This document shows, piece by piece, positions 18,631 to 29,052 of a stretch of DNA of 64,000 nt. Location of the stretch: contig JAWLBL010000030.1 in NCBI GenBank assembly GCA_041687695.1, positions 40,123 to 104,122 of the forward strand. The letters run 5' to 3'. The position numbers and the translations under genes are program-made. Every line of letters starts with the position of its first letter. Position 1 is the stretch's first letter. Under the pieces are notes generated by a model. The model was given only the letters and a program-made list of their open reading frames with translations, ran no database searches and was not told the origin of the DNA. The DNA comes from Myxococcota bacterium. GTDB lineage: Bacteria > Myxococcota_A > UBA9042 > PHBI01 > JAWLBL01.

Positions 18631-20001
18631 CTAGCGGGTGTACACCTCGACCGTCTCGGGCAAGAGCCCCTCGTCGAAGGGCCGGTCGAAGCTGGGCCCC
18701 TCCACGCCGAAGATGCGCTCGGGCACGCCCTTGACGATGTCGACCACCACCAGCGACGACGGCTGCCGGAAGTCGCTGCCCGACAGGCGCCCGCCCGGCT
18801 CGGCCACCGCGCCCACGCTGACCACCGGCAGCGCGCCGTAGCGGCCCTTGAAGTAGACCCGGTAGCCGGCGCTGAACAGGGCCGTCACCCGCCCGCGCAG
18901 CAGCAGCTCGTAGATGCGGAACTTCTTGTCCAGCGTGCCGACGTGCTCGTCGCCGAACTTGTGCAGCGGCAGGTACGACAGGACGAAGCGCGCCTCGTAG
19001 ACCCGCGCCGCGGCCAGCTCGCTCTGCATCCACTTCAGCGCGTCCTCGGTCACGCCCTCGGTCTGGCCGGGCGACAGCACCAGGAAGTAGGCGCCCTTGT
19101 AGGTGAAGCTGTAGCGCTCGGGGTAGTGCCGCCCGTCGATGATCTGCAGATCCGGAGTTTTGGCGCGCGCGCCCTCGGCCAGATCGGTCGGCGACGCGCC
19201 GAAGGCCACCGGCACCCCCAGCGCCAGCAGCGGCCGCTCGATGGCGTCGCGGATGGCCGACCAGCCGCTCTCGCCCGCGCCGCGCCCGACCAGGCCGCCG
19301 AGGTGGATGACCAGGTCCGGGCCCAACGTGTCGTCCAGCGCCCTGACCGCCGCGCCGATCTCCTTGGGCACCCCGCCCGAGGCCGCGGAGTCGGCCAGCA
19401 CCGCGAACCGGAAGCTGGTCGCGTCGGGCTCGGGCCGCGCCGGCAGCTGCCCGGTCGCCAGCGCCGGGTCGTCCTCGGCCAGCCCCGACGTCACCGGCAG
19501 CCGCTCGAGCGGCACCGTGCGCGTCGCCGTGTACTCCCAGTCGCCGTCGGTCAGCGTCAGGGTGACGACCTGGTCCGCCTGCCCGCCGTGGAAGGTGTGC
19601 GAGACGTTGCAGCCGTGCTCGACCGGGCTGCCGTCGCCGAAGTTCCACCGGCAGGCCACCGTCTCGTGGCCCGCGGGCGCCGTGTCCAGCCGGAAGTGCA
19701 CCGCCGTCGACCGGTAGACCTGCAGCTCGCCGGGCGTGAAGCTCCAGGTCAGCCCGATCTGCGCGTCGGCGGCCGCCGACCCGTCGTCCGGCGGGCCCTC
19801 TCCGGGCTCGGCCTCGCGCGCGACCACCAGGCTCGGCGGGTTCACGACGCCGTGCGCGTCCAGCCGTGGCCGCAGCGGGCGCAGGGCCGCCGCGGTCGCG
19901 TCGTCGCGCACGATCAGGTCGTCGCCCTCGCAGGCGGTCAGCGCGGCCAGCGCGAGGGTCGCCAGGGCCAACGGGCGGAAGCTGAGGCGGTTGGGTCTCA
20001 C
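18631..20001 (-). CDS. Lipoprotein with PKD domain and degenerate metallophosphoesterase-like domain
   Basis: GTG start overlaps the thiL stop. Lipobox LTAC. PKD motif WNFGDG...SHTF...VTLTLTD. FRFAVLAD and PDLVIHLGG resemble the calcineurin-like fold. Confidence 0.75.
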   Translation of the reverse strand: MRPNRLSFRPLALATLALAALTACEGDDLIVRDDATAAALRPLRPRLDAHGVVNPPSLVVAREAEPGEGPPDDGSAAADAQIGLTWSFTPGELQVYRSTAVHFRLDTAPAGHETVACRWNFGDGSPVEHGCNVSHTFHGGQADQVVTLTLTDGDWEYTATRTVPLERLPVTSGLAEDDPALATGQLPARPEPDATSFRFAVLADSAASGGVPKEIGAAVRALDDTLGPDLVIHLGGLVGRGAGESGWSAIRDAIERPLLALGVPVAFGASPTDLAEGARAKTPDLQIIDGRHYPERYSFTYKGAYFLVLSPGQTEGVTEDALKWMQSELAAARVYEARFVLSYLPLHKFGDEHVGTLDKKFRIYELLLRGRVTALFSAGYRVYFKGRYGALPVVSVGAVAEPGGRLSGSDFRQPSSLVVVDIVKGVPERIFGVEGPSFDRPFDEGLLPETVEVYTR

Positions 20002-21002
20002 GGCCGCGAGCCTAGGTCCGGCGGGGGAGGGTGGCAACTTTCGGCGAAGTGGGTGAACGGCCGCGCCTGCGGGGTGACCCGGGTTCCGTCGCGCCACCAC
20101 GCGACCCGCTCGCCGGCCGGATCGGCGGCGCGGGCCCGGCCCAGCGTCACGAAGCCGCGCTGCACGAACAGCGCCTCGCGCTCGGGCGGCACCATCACCA
20201 GCAGCCCGTAGTCCTCGCCGCCGGCCGCGCGCACCTCGGCGTCCACCCCGGCCAGCGCCTCGTCCGCGGGCAGGCGCCCCAGCTCGAGATCCAGCGTCAC
20301 CCCGCTGGCCGCCGCCAGCCGCGGCGCGTCCGTCAGCAGCCCGTCCGACAGATCCATCCCCGCCGTCGCCCCGTGCTCCAGCGCCCACGGCCCGGCCGTC
20401 TCGTCCGGCTCCGGCCGCAGCTGCCACCGCAGGCACGGGTCCACGTCCGGCTCGCCGTCCTCGGCCCAGCCCTCGCGCCCGGACCGCGCCAACCAGCGCT
20501 CCAGCCCGACCCCAGCGCGCCCCACGGGCCCCAGCGCCATCACCAGGTCGCCCGCCCGCCCGCCGGCCCGCGTCAGCAAGCGCTCGCCCGCCGCCGCCCC
20601 CCACGCCGTCACCGACAGCATCAGCGGCCCCGGGCTGCGCACCGTGTCGCCGCCCACCACCCGCACGCCATAGCGCCGCGCGCACGCACCCAGCCCCCGG
20701 CAAAGCGCCAGCCAGTACGCCCGCGGCAGGTCCTCGGGCAGCGCCACCGTCAGCAGGAACCCCTCGGGCCGCGCGCCCATCGCCGCTACGTCCGACACGT
20801 TGACCGCCAGCAGCTTCCAGCCCAGCCACGCCGGCGGATGCCCCCGCAGGAAGTGCACGCCCTCGACCATCGCGTCGGTCGTGACGACCCGCCGTCCGCG
20901 GGTCTCGCCCATCGCCGCCGCGTCGTCGCCCGCCCCAAAGACCCCCGAGACCGCCGGCACCGCCGCCAGCACGTCCGCGATGCGCGCCTCCTCGCCGCTC
21001 AC
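19998..21002 (-). CDS. thiL: Thiamine-monophosphate kinase
   Basis: GDDAA, TTDAMVEGVHF, VNVSDVAAMGA, GGDT, MDLSDGL, GGEDYGL. Confidence 0.95.
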   Translation of the reverse strand: MSGEEARIADVLAAVPAVSGVFGAGDDAAAMGETRGRRVVTTDAMVEGVHFLRGHPPAWLGWKLLAVNVSDVAAMGARPEGFLLTVALPEDLPRAYWLALCRGLGACARRYGVRVVGGDTVRSPGPLMLSVTAWGAAAGERLLTRAGGRAGDLVMALGPVGRAGVGLERWLARSGREGWAEDGEPDVDPCLRWQLRPEPDETAGPWALEHGATAGMDLSDGLLTDAPRLAAASGVTLDLELGRLPADEALAGVDAEVRAAGGEDYGLLVMVPPEREALFVQRGFVTLGRARAADPAGERVAWWRDGTRVTPQARPFTHFAESCHPPPPDLGSRP

Positions 21003-21012
21003 GGGCGCCCGC

Positions 21013-23040
21013 TCACCGCGGCCCGTCCGGTCCGACCGGCCGCCGCATCGCCGCCTCCTCGTCCTCGCTCAGCCGCGCGCGCAGCTCGTCGCCGTGCACC
21101 GTCAGCAGCTTCGGCCGCCGCACCACCTGCCCGCTCTCCAGCACGCTCAGCAGCCCGGTCGCCCCCTCCAGGTTCCTGACGCCCTTGAGCGCCGCCAGCA
21201 CCTCGGCCCGGCGCGCCGCTTGGTTCCCCTCCGGCGCCACCAGCGCTCGCGCGATCAGCGCCGCCGCGTCGTGCGCCTCGGCGTGGAACGCGAAGGGCTT
21301 GCGCTTGTAGCGCGTGAAGAACGCCCGCGCGAACCGGTCGCCCCGCGGCTCGTCCGGATCGTGGAAGAAGGGCGCGACGAAGACCGCGTTCTCGGTCAGC
21401 CGCTGCGCCACGTCGATGACCACCGGGTCGTTCCACCCGGAAGACCCCAGCATCTGCAGCGCCGGCCGTTTGGATGTCCCGGTCAGCTCGGGCGAGGTCT
21501 TCACCAAAAGGCCCCAGCTGGCCAAAAACGGCAGCACCCGCTTCACGTCCCGTGCCTCGTCGGGCACGAACACCGCCTCGAAGTCGACCACCCCGCGCCC
21601 CGGCCGGGTCGCCGCGACGAGCCGCCCCACCGCCTTGCGCACCTCCTGCCCGTCCTTGCCGTAGGCCTCGACCGCCCGCACCTCGCCGCCGAGCCGCACG
21701 ATCTCCTCGAAGAACGCCGCCATCGACGTCTCGCCCAGCGTCCCCTCGGGGTACAGGATGCCGACCCGCTGCACGCCCATGTTGGTCACCGCATAGCGCG
21801 CCACCGCGGCCGCCTGCTCCTCGGGTGACAGCCGCGTCCGGAACACCCACGGCTTGCCCACGCCGACCTCGTGCGCGCTCGTCAGCAGCACGTGCGGCAC
21901 CCCGAAGCGCTGCGTCACCTCGGCCACCGCCGCCGACTCCAGGTGCCCCACCGGCCCCAGCATCGCCGCCACGTGCCCCTCGAGCACCAGCGACTCGGCC
22001 TGCCGCGCCGCCTCGGCCGCGTCCCCCTTGGTGTCGCGCACGATCAGCTTCAGCCCCGAGTCGGCCCCGATCGCCAGCTGCAGCCCCTCGAGCGCGGCCC
22101 GCCCGATGCCCTCGTGCGGCCCCGACAGCGGCAGCAGCACCCCCAGCGTCCGCGGCTCGACCTGCCGCCAGGCCGCCAGCTGGGCCAGCAACGCCTCCGC
22201 CTCGGCCCGCTCCGCCGGATCCCGCGTCTCGGCCCGCACGGCCACCGCCGCCGCCTCGGCCGCCTCCATCTCGCCGGCCTGCCACCGCTCGCGCGCCACC
22301 TTCAGCGCCACCCAGGCCTTCCACGGGTTGCCGTCCGGGAGCCGCCCGTACAGCGCCTCCAGCACCTCGCCGGTCAGCACCGGCTCGACCAGCTGCTCGA
22401 GGCGCTCGCTCACCGCCTCGGGCGTCGCTCCGGGCGCCGCGGGCGCCAGCGCCTCCGTCGCCTGCTCGGTCTCGCCGCTCAGAAACAGCGCCCGCGCGGC
22501 CCCCTCGGCGGCCTCCGCCGGCTCGTCCGAGTCGCCCAGCCCCAGCCAGATCCGCGCCGCCTCGTCCCATCGGCGCTGCCCCTCGTAGGCCAGCGCCCTC
22601 GCCCTGAATCCTCGATAGCGCCAGGCGTCGTCGGCGGGCTCCGCGTCGGCGGCCGGGATCCCCGCCGGCCCCTCGACCCAGGCCTCGGCCTCGGCCCACG
22701 CGCCGTGCGCGATCGCGTGCTCCGCCAGACGCACTCGCGCCCGCGCCGCCTCGGGCGTCCCGGGCGCCTCGCGGACCAGCCGCCGCAGGACGCGTCGCCC
22801 CTCGAACGGCCGCCCCTCCGCCTCCAGCGACGCCGCCTCCGTCCACATCGCCTCGGTCTCGGGTGTGCTCGCAGGCCGCTCGGGGAACGTCGGCGACGGC
22901 GGCACGTCCGTCACCTTGGCCGGACGGTCCACCGCGGGTGTCGGCGTCGGCCCGGGCGGCGGATCGCTGGGACGCACGATCGGCGCGGGCCCGCAGCCTG
23001 CGACCATCACGACCATCGCGAGCAGGCAGGTTCTAAGCAT
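21013..23040 (-). CDS. LppC/LpoA-like penicillin-binding protein activator lipoprotein
   Basis: Lipobox VAGC, TPR-like N-terminal half, periplasmic-binding-protein domain LGVLLPLSG...RDT...LGP...GATG. Confidence 0.8.
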   Translation of the reverse strand: MLRTCLLAMVVMVAGCGPAPIVRPSDPPPGPTPTPAVDRPAKVTDVPPSPTFPERPASTPETEAMWTEAASLEAEGRPFEGRRVLRRLVREAPGTPEAARARVRLAEHAIAHGAWAEAEAWVEGPAGIPAADAEPADDAWRYRGFRARALAYEGQRRWDEAARIWLGLGDSDEPAEAAEGAARALFLSGETEQATEALAPAAPGATPEAVSERLEQLVEPVLTGEVLEALYGRLPDGNPWKAWVALKVARERWQAGEMEAAEAAAVAVRAETRDPAERAEAEALLAQLAAWRQVEPRTLGVLLPLSGPHEGIGRAALEGLQLAIGADSGLKLIVRDTKGDAAEAARQAESLVLEGHVAAMLGPVGHLESAAVAEVTQRFGVPHVLLTSAHEVGVGKPWVFRTRLSPEEQAAAVARYAVTNMGVQRVGILYPEGTLGETSMAAFFEEIVRLGGEVRAVEAYGKDGQEVRKAVGRLVAATRPGRGVVDFEAVFVPDEARDVKRVLPFLASWGLLVKTSPELTGTSKRPALQMLGSSGWNDPVVIDVAQRLTENAVFVAPFFHDPDEPRGDRFARAFFTRYKRKPFAFHAEAHDAAALIARALVAPEGNQAARRAEVLAALKGVRNLEGATGLLSVLESGQVVRRPKLLTVHGDELRARLSEDEEAAMRRPVGPDGPR

Positions 23041-24109
23041 CTTCCTTCCGGGTCAGGCGGGCCTCGAACGCGGCCGCGCGCGGAAAGGCCTCGCGCGTCG
23101 ACGCCACCAGCCGCTCGAGGGCCGAACGCGCAGCCTCGTCCAGCGCTTCCGGCCACTCGAGCCGCAGGGTGACCCGCTGGTCGCCGTTGGCGCCCGTGCG
23201 CCGGTCCGTCACGCCGAAGCCGCTCATGCGCAGCACCGTACCATCGCCGGTGCCAGGCGGCACCACGAGGACGCGCGTCCCGTCGACGGTCGGCACCCGC
23301 ACCCGTCCTCCGGCGATGGCCACGAACACCGGCAGGGGCCGCTCGCACACCACGTCCTCGCCTTCGCGCGCCAACACCGGGTCGGGCCTGACCTCGACCA
23401 CCACGAAGCACCGCCCGGATTTGCCGCCGTGCCGCCCCGCCTCGCCCGCCTCCCGCACCACCAGCCGCTCGCCCGTGACCACGCCCGGGGGCACCTCGAT
23501 GGTCAACGGCTCGCGCCCCTCGACCTCGCCCTCGCCGCCGCAGCCCCCGCACGGCTCGACCACCACGTAGCCCCGCCCGCCGCAGCCGCCGCAGTCCTCG
23601 AGCCCCGAGCGCAGCACGCGCCGCACCTGCACCTCACCGGTCCCCTGGCACGGCTCGCAGACCTCGGGCAGCGTGCCCGGCGCGAAGCCCCGCCCCGCGC
23701 AGCCGCCGCACGGCCGGCGCCGCGGCAGCGCCAACGTGCGCGTGGTCCCGCGCGCGGCCTCGGCGAAGGTCACGGCGACCTCGTACTTCACGTCGCGCCC
23801 GTCGATCGGCCGCCTGGGGCGGACGCCGAACAGCTGGTCGACCACCCGGCCCAGCGCCTCGGCCCAGGTCGCCGCGGGCGCCACGGCTGGCGGCGCCACG
23901 GCCGCCCCGGCGTCGAAGGCGGCGCGCTGGTCGGGCCGCGACAGCACGGCGTAGGCCTCGGTGATGGCCGCCAGCCGCCGCGCCGCCTCGGGGTCCTCGC
24001 CGCGTCGGTCGGGGTGAAGCTCGAGCACCAGGCGGCGGTACGCCTGCTTGAGCATCAGGCCGTCGGCCGTGCGCGGCACGCCAAGGACGGCGTAGTAGTC
24101 CGCGGCCAT
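23033..24109 (-). CDS. dnaJ: DnaJ chaperone (J domain, 4 CxxCxGxG zinc-finger motifs, C-terminal domain)
   Basis: DYYAVLGV, HPD, CGGCAGRG, CEPCQGTG, CGGCGGRG, CGGCGGEG. Confidence 0.88.
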   Translation of the reverse strand: MAADYYAVLGVPRTADGLMLKQAYRRLVLELHPDRRGEDPEAARRLAAITEAYAVLSRPDQRAAFDAGAAVAPPAVAPAATWAEALGRVVDQLFGVRPRRPIDGRDVKYEVAVTFAEAARGTTRTLALPRRRPCGGCAGRGFAPGTLPEVCEPCQGTGEVQVRRVLRSGLEDCGGCGGRGYVVVEPCGGCGGEGEVEGREPLTIEVPPGVVTGERLVVREAGEAGRHGGKSGRCFVVVEVRPDPVLAREGEDVVCERPLPVFVAIAGGRVRVPTVDGTRVLVVPPGTGDGTVLRMSGFGVTDRRTGANGDQRVTLRLEWPEALDEAARSALERLVASTREAFPRAAAFEARLTRKEDA

Positions 24110-24132
24110 GCCGACGGCCTCGCCTCCTCGGC

Positions 24133-25941
<1,809 letters not shown>

Positions 25942-26026
25942 GCGCTGTCTCCCGTCCTTTTTCCTGGTATCCGACGACTCGAAGGCCTGGCCACGCGGGC
26001 CGCCCGTCCGCGCCCGATCACGCGCA

Positions 26027-26056
26027 AGTATAGGGGATGACGTTCACAATCCGCAA
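26027..26056 (-). promoter_or_regulatory. Candidate sigma70-like promoter of the dnaK operon
   Basis: TTGCGG-N18-TATACT on the minus strand upstream of dnaK. Confidence 0.4.
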
Positions 26057-26263
26057 CTTACCCACGCCGCCCGCGGTGGCGGCGGTGGAGGCGGGCCACA
26101 GCACCTCGTGTCATGGGCTGTTACTCCGTCGGCGCGAAGCGAACGCATCATCCCGAGGGTCGCGTGCCCCCACGACGACCCCAGCGGTCAAGCCTAGGGG
26201 TCGTGCGCGGATCCGGCCATCCCCTGATCGGGGGACGGGCGCCACGCGTCGACCGCGACAGCC

Positions 26264-26968
26264 TCACAGCAGCTTGTCGGGCACGAATATGATGTCGCCC
26301 GGCTGCAAGACCAGGTTCGGGGCGTGTCCCTCGCTGATCCGTCCCACGGGGACCGGGATCCGCTGGTCGCCGCCGCCGTCCTGGCGTCGCGTCACGACCA
26401 CGTTGTTGGCGTTGGCAGACGGCTTGAAGCCTCCCGCCAGGGACACGGCCTCGATGACGTTCATCCCGGCCGTGAACGTGAAGGTCCCCGGCTTGGCCAC
26501 CTCGCCCAGGACGAACACCTTCTTGGAGTTGTACTCCTTGACGTACACGGACACGTGCGGGTCGCGCAGGAAGCCGTCCTTGAGCCGGTCGCGCACGCGC
26601 TCGGCGATCGCGCTCGGCGTCAGGCCCTCGGCCATGACCCGGCCCACCAGGGGGACGTCGACGCTGCCGTCCGGCGCGATCCGGTGCGCACCCGACAGCG
26701 TCTCCTCGCCATACACACGCAGCTCGAAGACGTCACCCGGGCCGAGCCCGACCTTGCTCATGTGCTCGGTCAGGTCGACGTTGAGGTGCTCGTAGCCGGT
26801 GTCGGGCGCCGTCTCGCACGAGGCGCAGCCGCCGAAGGGCAGGGCGAGCGCGGCCAGCCAGAGCAGGACCAGGGACCGCCGGGGCGAGGGGGCCGTCGTG
26901 CCGGGAGGCGCTGGGGCCGCGCCGTCAGTACCGCAGGTTGAGGCTCCCGTAGACGCGATGCTCGTCAT
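26264..26968 (-). CDS. Short OPX (Wza-like) polysaccharide export lipoprotein: Poly_export plus SLBB, no C-terminal membrane helix
   Basis: LGPGDVFELRV, DGSVDVPLVG, VFVLGEVAKPG, AVSLAGG. Ends LQPGDIIFVPDKLL. Lipobox-like FGGC/ASC. Confidence 0.9.
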   Translation of the reverse strand: MTSIASTGASTCGTDGAAPAPPGTTAPSPRRSLVLLWLAALALPFGGCASCETAPDTGYEHLNVDLTEHMSKVGLGPGDVFELRVYGEETLSGAHRIAPDGSVDVPLVGRVMAEGLTPSAIAERVRDRLKDGFLRDPHVSVYVKEYNSKKVFVLGEVAKPGTFTFTAGMNVIEAVSLAGGFKPSANANNVVVTRRQDGGGDQRIPVPVGRISEGHAPNLVLQPGDIIFVPDKLL

Positions 26969-28364
26969 AACCCAGATAGCTTTGGGAGGTGCCCTCGAGC
27001 CCCTCGACCGTGATGTTGTAGTCGGTCAGGACCGCGTCGTAGCGGTACCCCACCGTCAGCCCGAACAGCCGCGAGATGTCGAAGTCCAGCAGCACGCCGC
27101 CGCGGAGGCGATTCTCCTGGCGCTCGCGGTCCGAGGCCGTCGACACGACGATGCCGTCGGCCACTTCGACGGGGACCGGCTCCCACGCGCCGTAGTCGCG
27201 CATGTCCCAGCCGATGTCGACGCCGAGCCGGGCCACCGATCCGATCTGCTGCTCGAGGCTGCCATACACCCGCATGTAGCGCCGGTGCCCGCCCAGCGGG
27301 ACCAGCTCGAAGTCGCGCGCCGCGCCGAGGTGGATCGCGGTCCGCGGTGGAAACCTGAAGGTCACCTGGGCCATTCCGATGACGCTCGAGAAGTCCTCGA
27401 GGGCCTGGCCGTTCGACGTGTCCAGGAAGCTGTTGCCGTAGCCGACGCGGCCGAGGAACGCGATGCGCTCGGTCAGGTAGCCGGACAGGCCGACGTAGGC
27501 GCGCAGCGGCGTGCCGGCCACGAAGTTCCCGACGCCGGCCGTGGTGTCGTCCGGGGCGTTGACGTAGGTCGTGACGTCGTAGGTGCCCTCGAGGAACGCG
27601 TAGGTCAGCGGATAGAAGCGCCACGAGCTCATCAGCCGGAACCGATGTCGGTCCTGGTCCAGCCGGTCGATGTCTTCGAAGCGCTGGATCTCCCAGCGGT
27701 AGCCCGCCGTGACGTCGAGCGCTCGGCCACCGGGATGGAACGACAGGTCCGCGCCCAGCTCGTTGCGGTTGAGGTTGGCGTTGCCGATCTCGGTCGCCGG
27801 ACGCATCCACAGCGTCCGCTGGAACTGCTCGTGGAGGACGAGGGTCAGCGCGCTCTTGGGGAAGAAGGCGACCGAGGCCGACGCCAGGCCGCCGACGGTG
27901 GACTGGTCCTGCACGGCCTCGCGGTCGGAGACCGGCATCATCACGTCGGCGTCGAGCGACAGCGACAGCGCGACGTTGCTGGGCGACGGGTTGAACAGCC
28001 CGACGCCCGGGCGCAGGTGGGTGACGAACACGCCGGACGGGTTCGCCTCGACGTCACGGATGATCGTGCGCTCGTCGACCCGGAAGAAGTTGCTCGTGAA
28101 GCTGCCCTCGAGCAAAAAGCGCGGCTGGATGACGAACTCGCCGGTCTCGATGCCGAAGTTCGGGCGGCGCGAGGGAAGGCCGAACCCACCGCCGGTCAGG
28201 CCCGAGTAGTTCGGCCCCAGGCCGGCCGGGCTGATGAGCCGCGGGTCGCGGACGAGCTGTACGAAGTTCTGCGCGTGCGCGGGCGCCGCGAGCCCCAGGG
28301 CCCCCGACAGGACGAACGCAGCGCACGCGACCAGCCTCGAGCGGCTAGAAGTACGGGCTGGCAT
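26925..28364 (-). CDS. Outer-membrane beta-barrel protein, probable EpsX/Wzp-type partner of the OPX protein
   Basis: Signal peptide AHA|Q, many amphipathic strands, C-terminal SLNLRY. Directly upstream of and overlapping the OPX gene. Confidence 0.75.
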   Translation of the reverse strand: MPARTSSRSRLVACAAFVLSGALGLAAPAHAQNFVQLVRDPRLISPAGLGPNYSGLTGGGFGLPSRRPNFGIETGEFVIQPRFLLEGSFTSNFFRVDERTIIRDVEANPSGVFVTHLRPGVGLFNPSPSNVALSLSLDADVMMPVSDREAVQDQSTVGGLASASVAFFPKSALTLVLHEQFQRTLWMRPATEIGNANLNRNELGADLSFHPGGRALDVTAGYRWEIQRFEDIDRLDQDRHRFRLMSSWRFYPLTYAFLEGTYDVTTYVNAPDDTTAGVGNFVAGTPLRAYVGLSGYLTERIAFLGRVGYGNSFLDTSNGQALEDFSSVIGMAQVTFRFPPRTAIHLGAARDFELVPLGGHRRYMRVYGSLEQQIGSVARLGVDIGWDMRDYGAWEPVPVEVADGIVVSTASDRERQENRLRGGVLLDFDISRLFGLTVGYRYDAVLTDYNITVEGLEGTSQSYLGYDEHRVYGSLNLRY

Positions 28365-28908
28365 AGATCGGAGGCTCCGGGACGGTGTCGCCTTCGGGCA
28401 TGAAGTCGATGGACTCGGGCTGCGGCAGCGCCGCGTTGATGTCCAACGTGCGCTCGACGTCCGTCATCTCGAGATCGGTCCGGACCCCGCCGGCGCTCTT
28501 GACCTGCGCGTACAGCTCCTGGGTCTTGGCGGAGGCGATGTTGATCTTGACGTACTCGTGCTCGACCGCGTCGCGATCGCCCTCGGCGGCCCGCTGCTGC
28601 AGGGTCATGTGGTTCTGCTCGCTGAGCTTCACGAGCGCCTTCATCTGCGTGATGGCCTCGTTGCGAGCGTTGGTGGTGGCGATGTCCTGCGACGCGATCG
28701 ACTGCTCGAGCAGGGCGAAGCTGTCGGTAAGCATCCGGTTCATCGACTTCATCGCGTCGGCCGCGCGAGTCTTCAGCTCGGGGATCGACATGATCCGGGT
28801 GGTCTTGTTCGCGCCGCCGGCAGCGGGCGTCTGCGCCGTCGCGAGGACGGCGCCGCCGAGCAGGGCGAAGCCTAGGGTAACCATCGTCAGGGTTTTGCGC
28901 ATGACCAT
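28345..28908 (-). CDS. Secreted alpha-helical hypothetical protein
   Basis: Signal peptide (LATA|Q), helical/coiled-coil body. Overlaps the beta-barrel gene start. ATG at 28908 or 28902. Confidence 0.8.
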   Translation of the reverse strand: MVMRKTLTMVTLGFALLGGAVLATAQTPAAGGANKTTRIMSIPELKTRAADAMKSMNRMLTDSFALLEQSIASQDIATTNARNEAITQMKALVKLSEQNHMTLQQRAAEGDRDAVEHEYVKINIASAKTQELYAQVKSAGGVRTDLEMTDVERTLDINAALPQPESIDFMPEGDTVPEPPIYASPYF

Positions 28909-28946
28909 CGCAGCTAGCGGACCCGCAAAGAGCGCGGGTCCGCCGG

Positions 28947-28976
28947 ATCATAGGGAGGGCCGTTCCTGGGTGTCAA
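28947..28976 (-). promoter_or_regulatory. Near-consensus sigma70 promoter for the hypothetical-barrel-OPX unit
   Basis: TTGACA-N18-TATGAT on the minus strand. Confidence 0.65.
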
Positions 28977-29052
28977 CTCGCACCCCCGCGGCGACCGAGG
29001 TCGCCTGTCCCTGTGTTGCACGGGGGACCGGCGCTGATCAAACCCGAACGAC

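Noticed and set aside
18631..20829. Long N-terminal extensions in the ORF track (also thrB, GltD-like, gatB, PMM, 59118 ORF)
   Set aside because: They overlap upstream genes. Downstream starts with RBS or GTGA/ATGA coupling fit better, so these are not gene fusions.
25942..26263. CIRCE or heat-shock element upstream of dnaK
   Set aside because: No TTAGCACTC-N9-GAGTGCTAA seen. Only short GC hairpins of unclear meaning.
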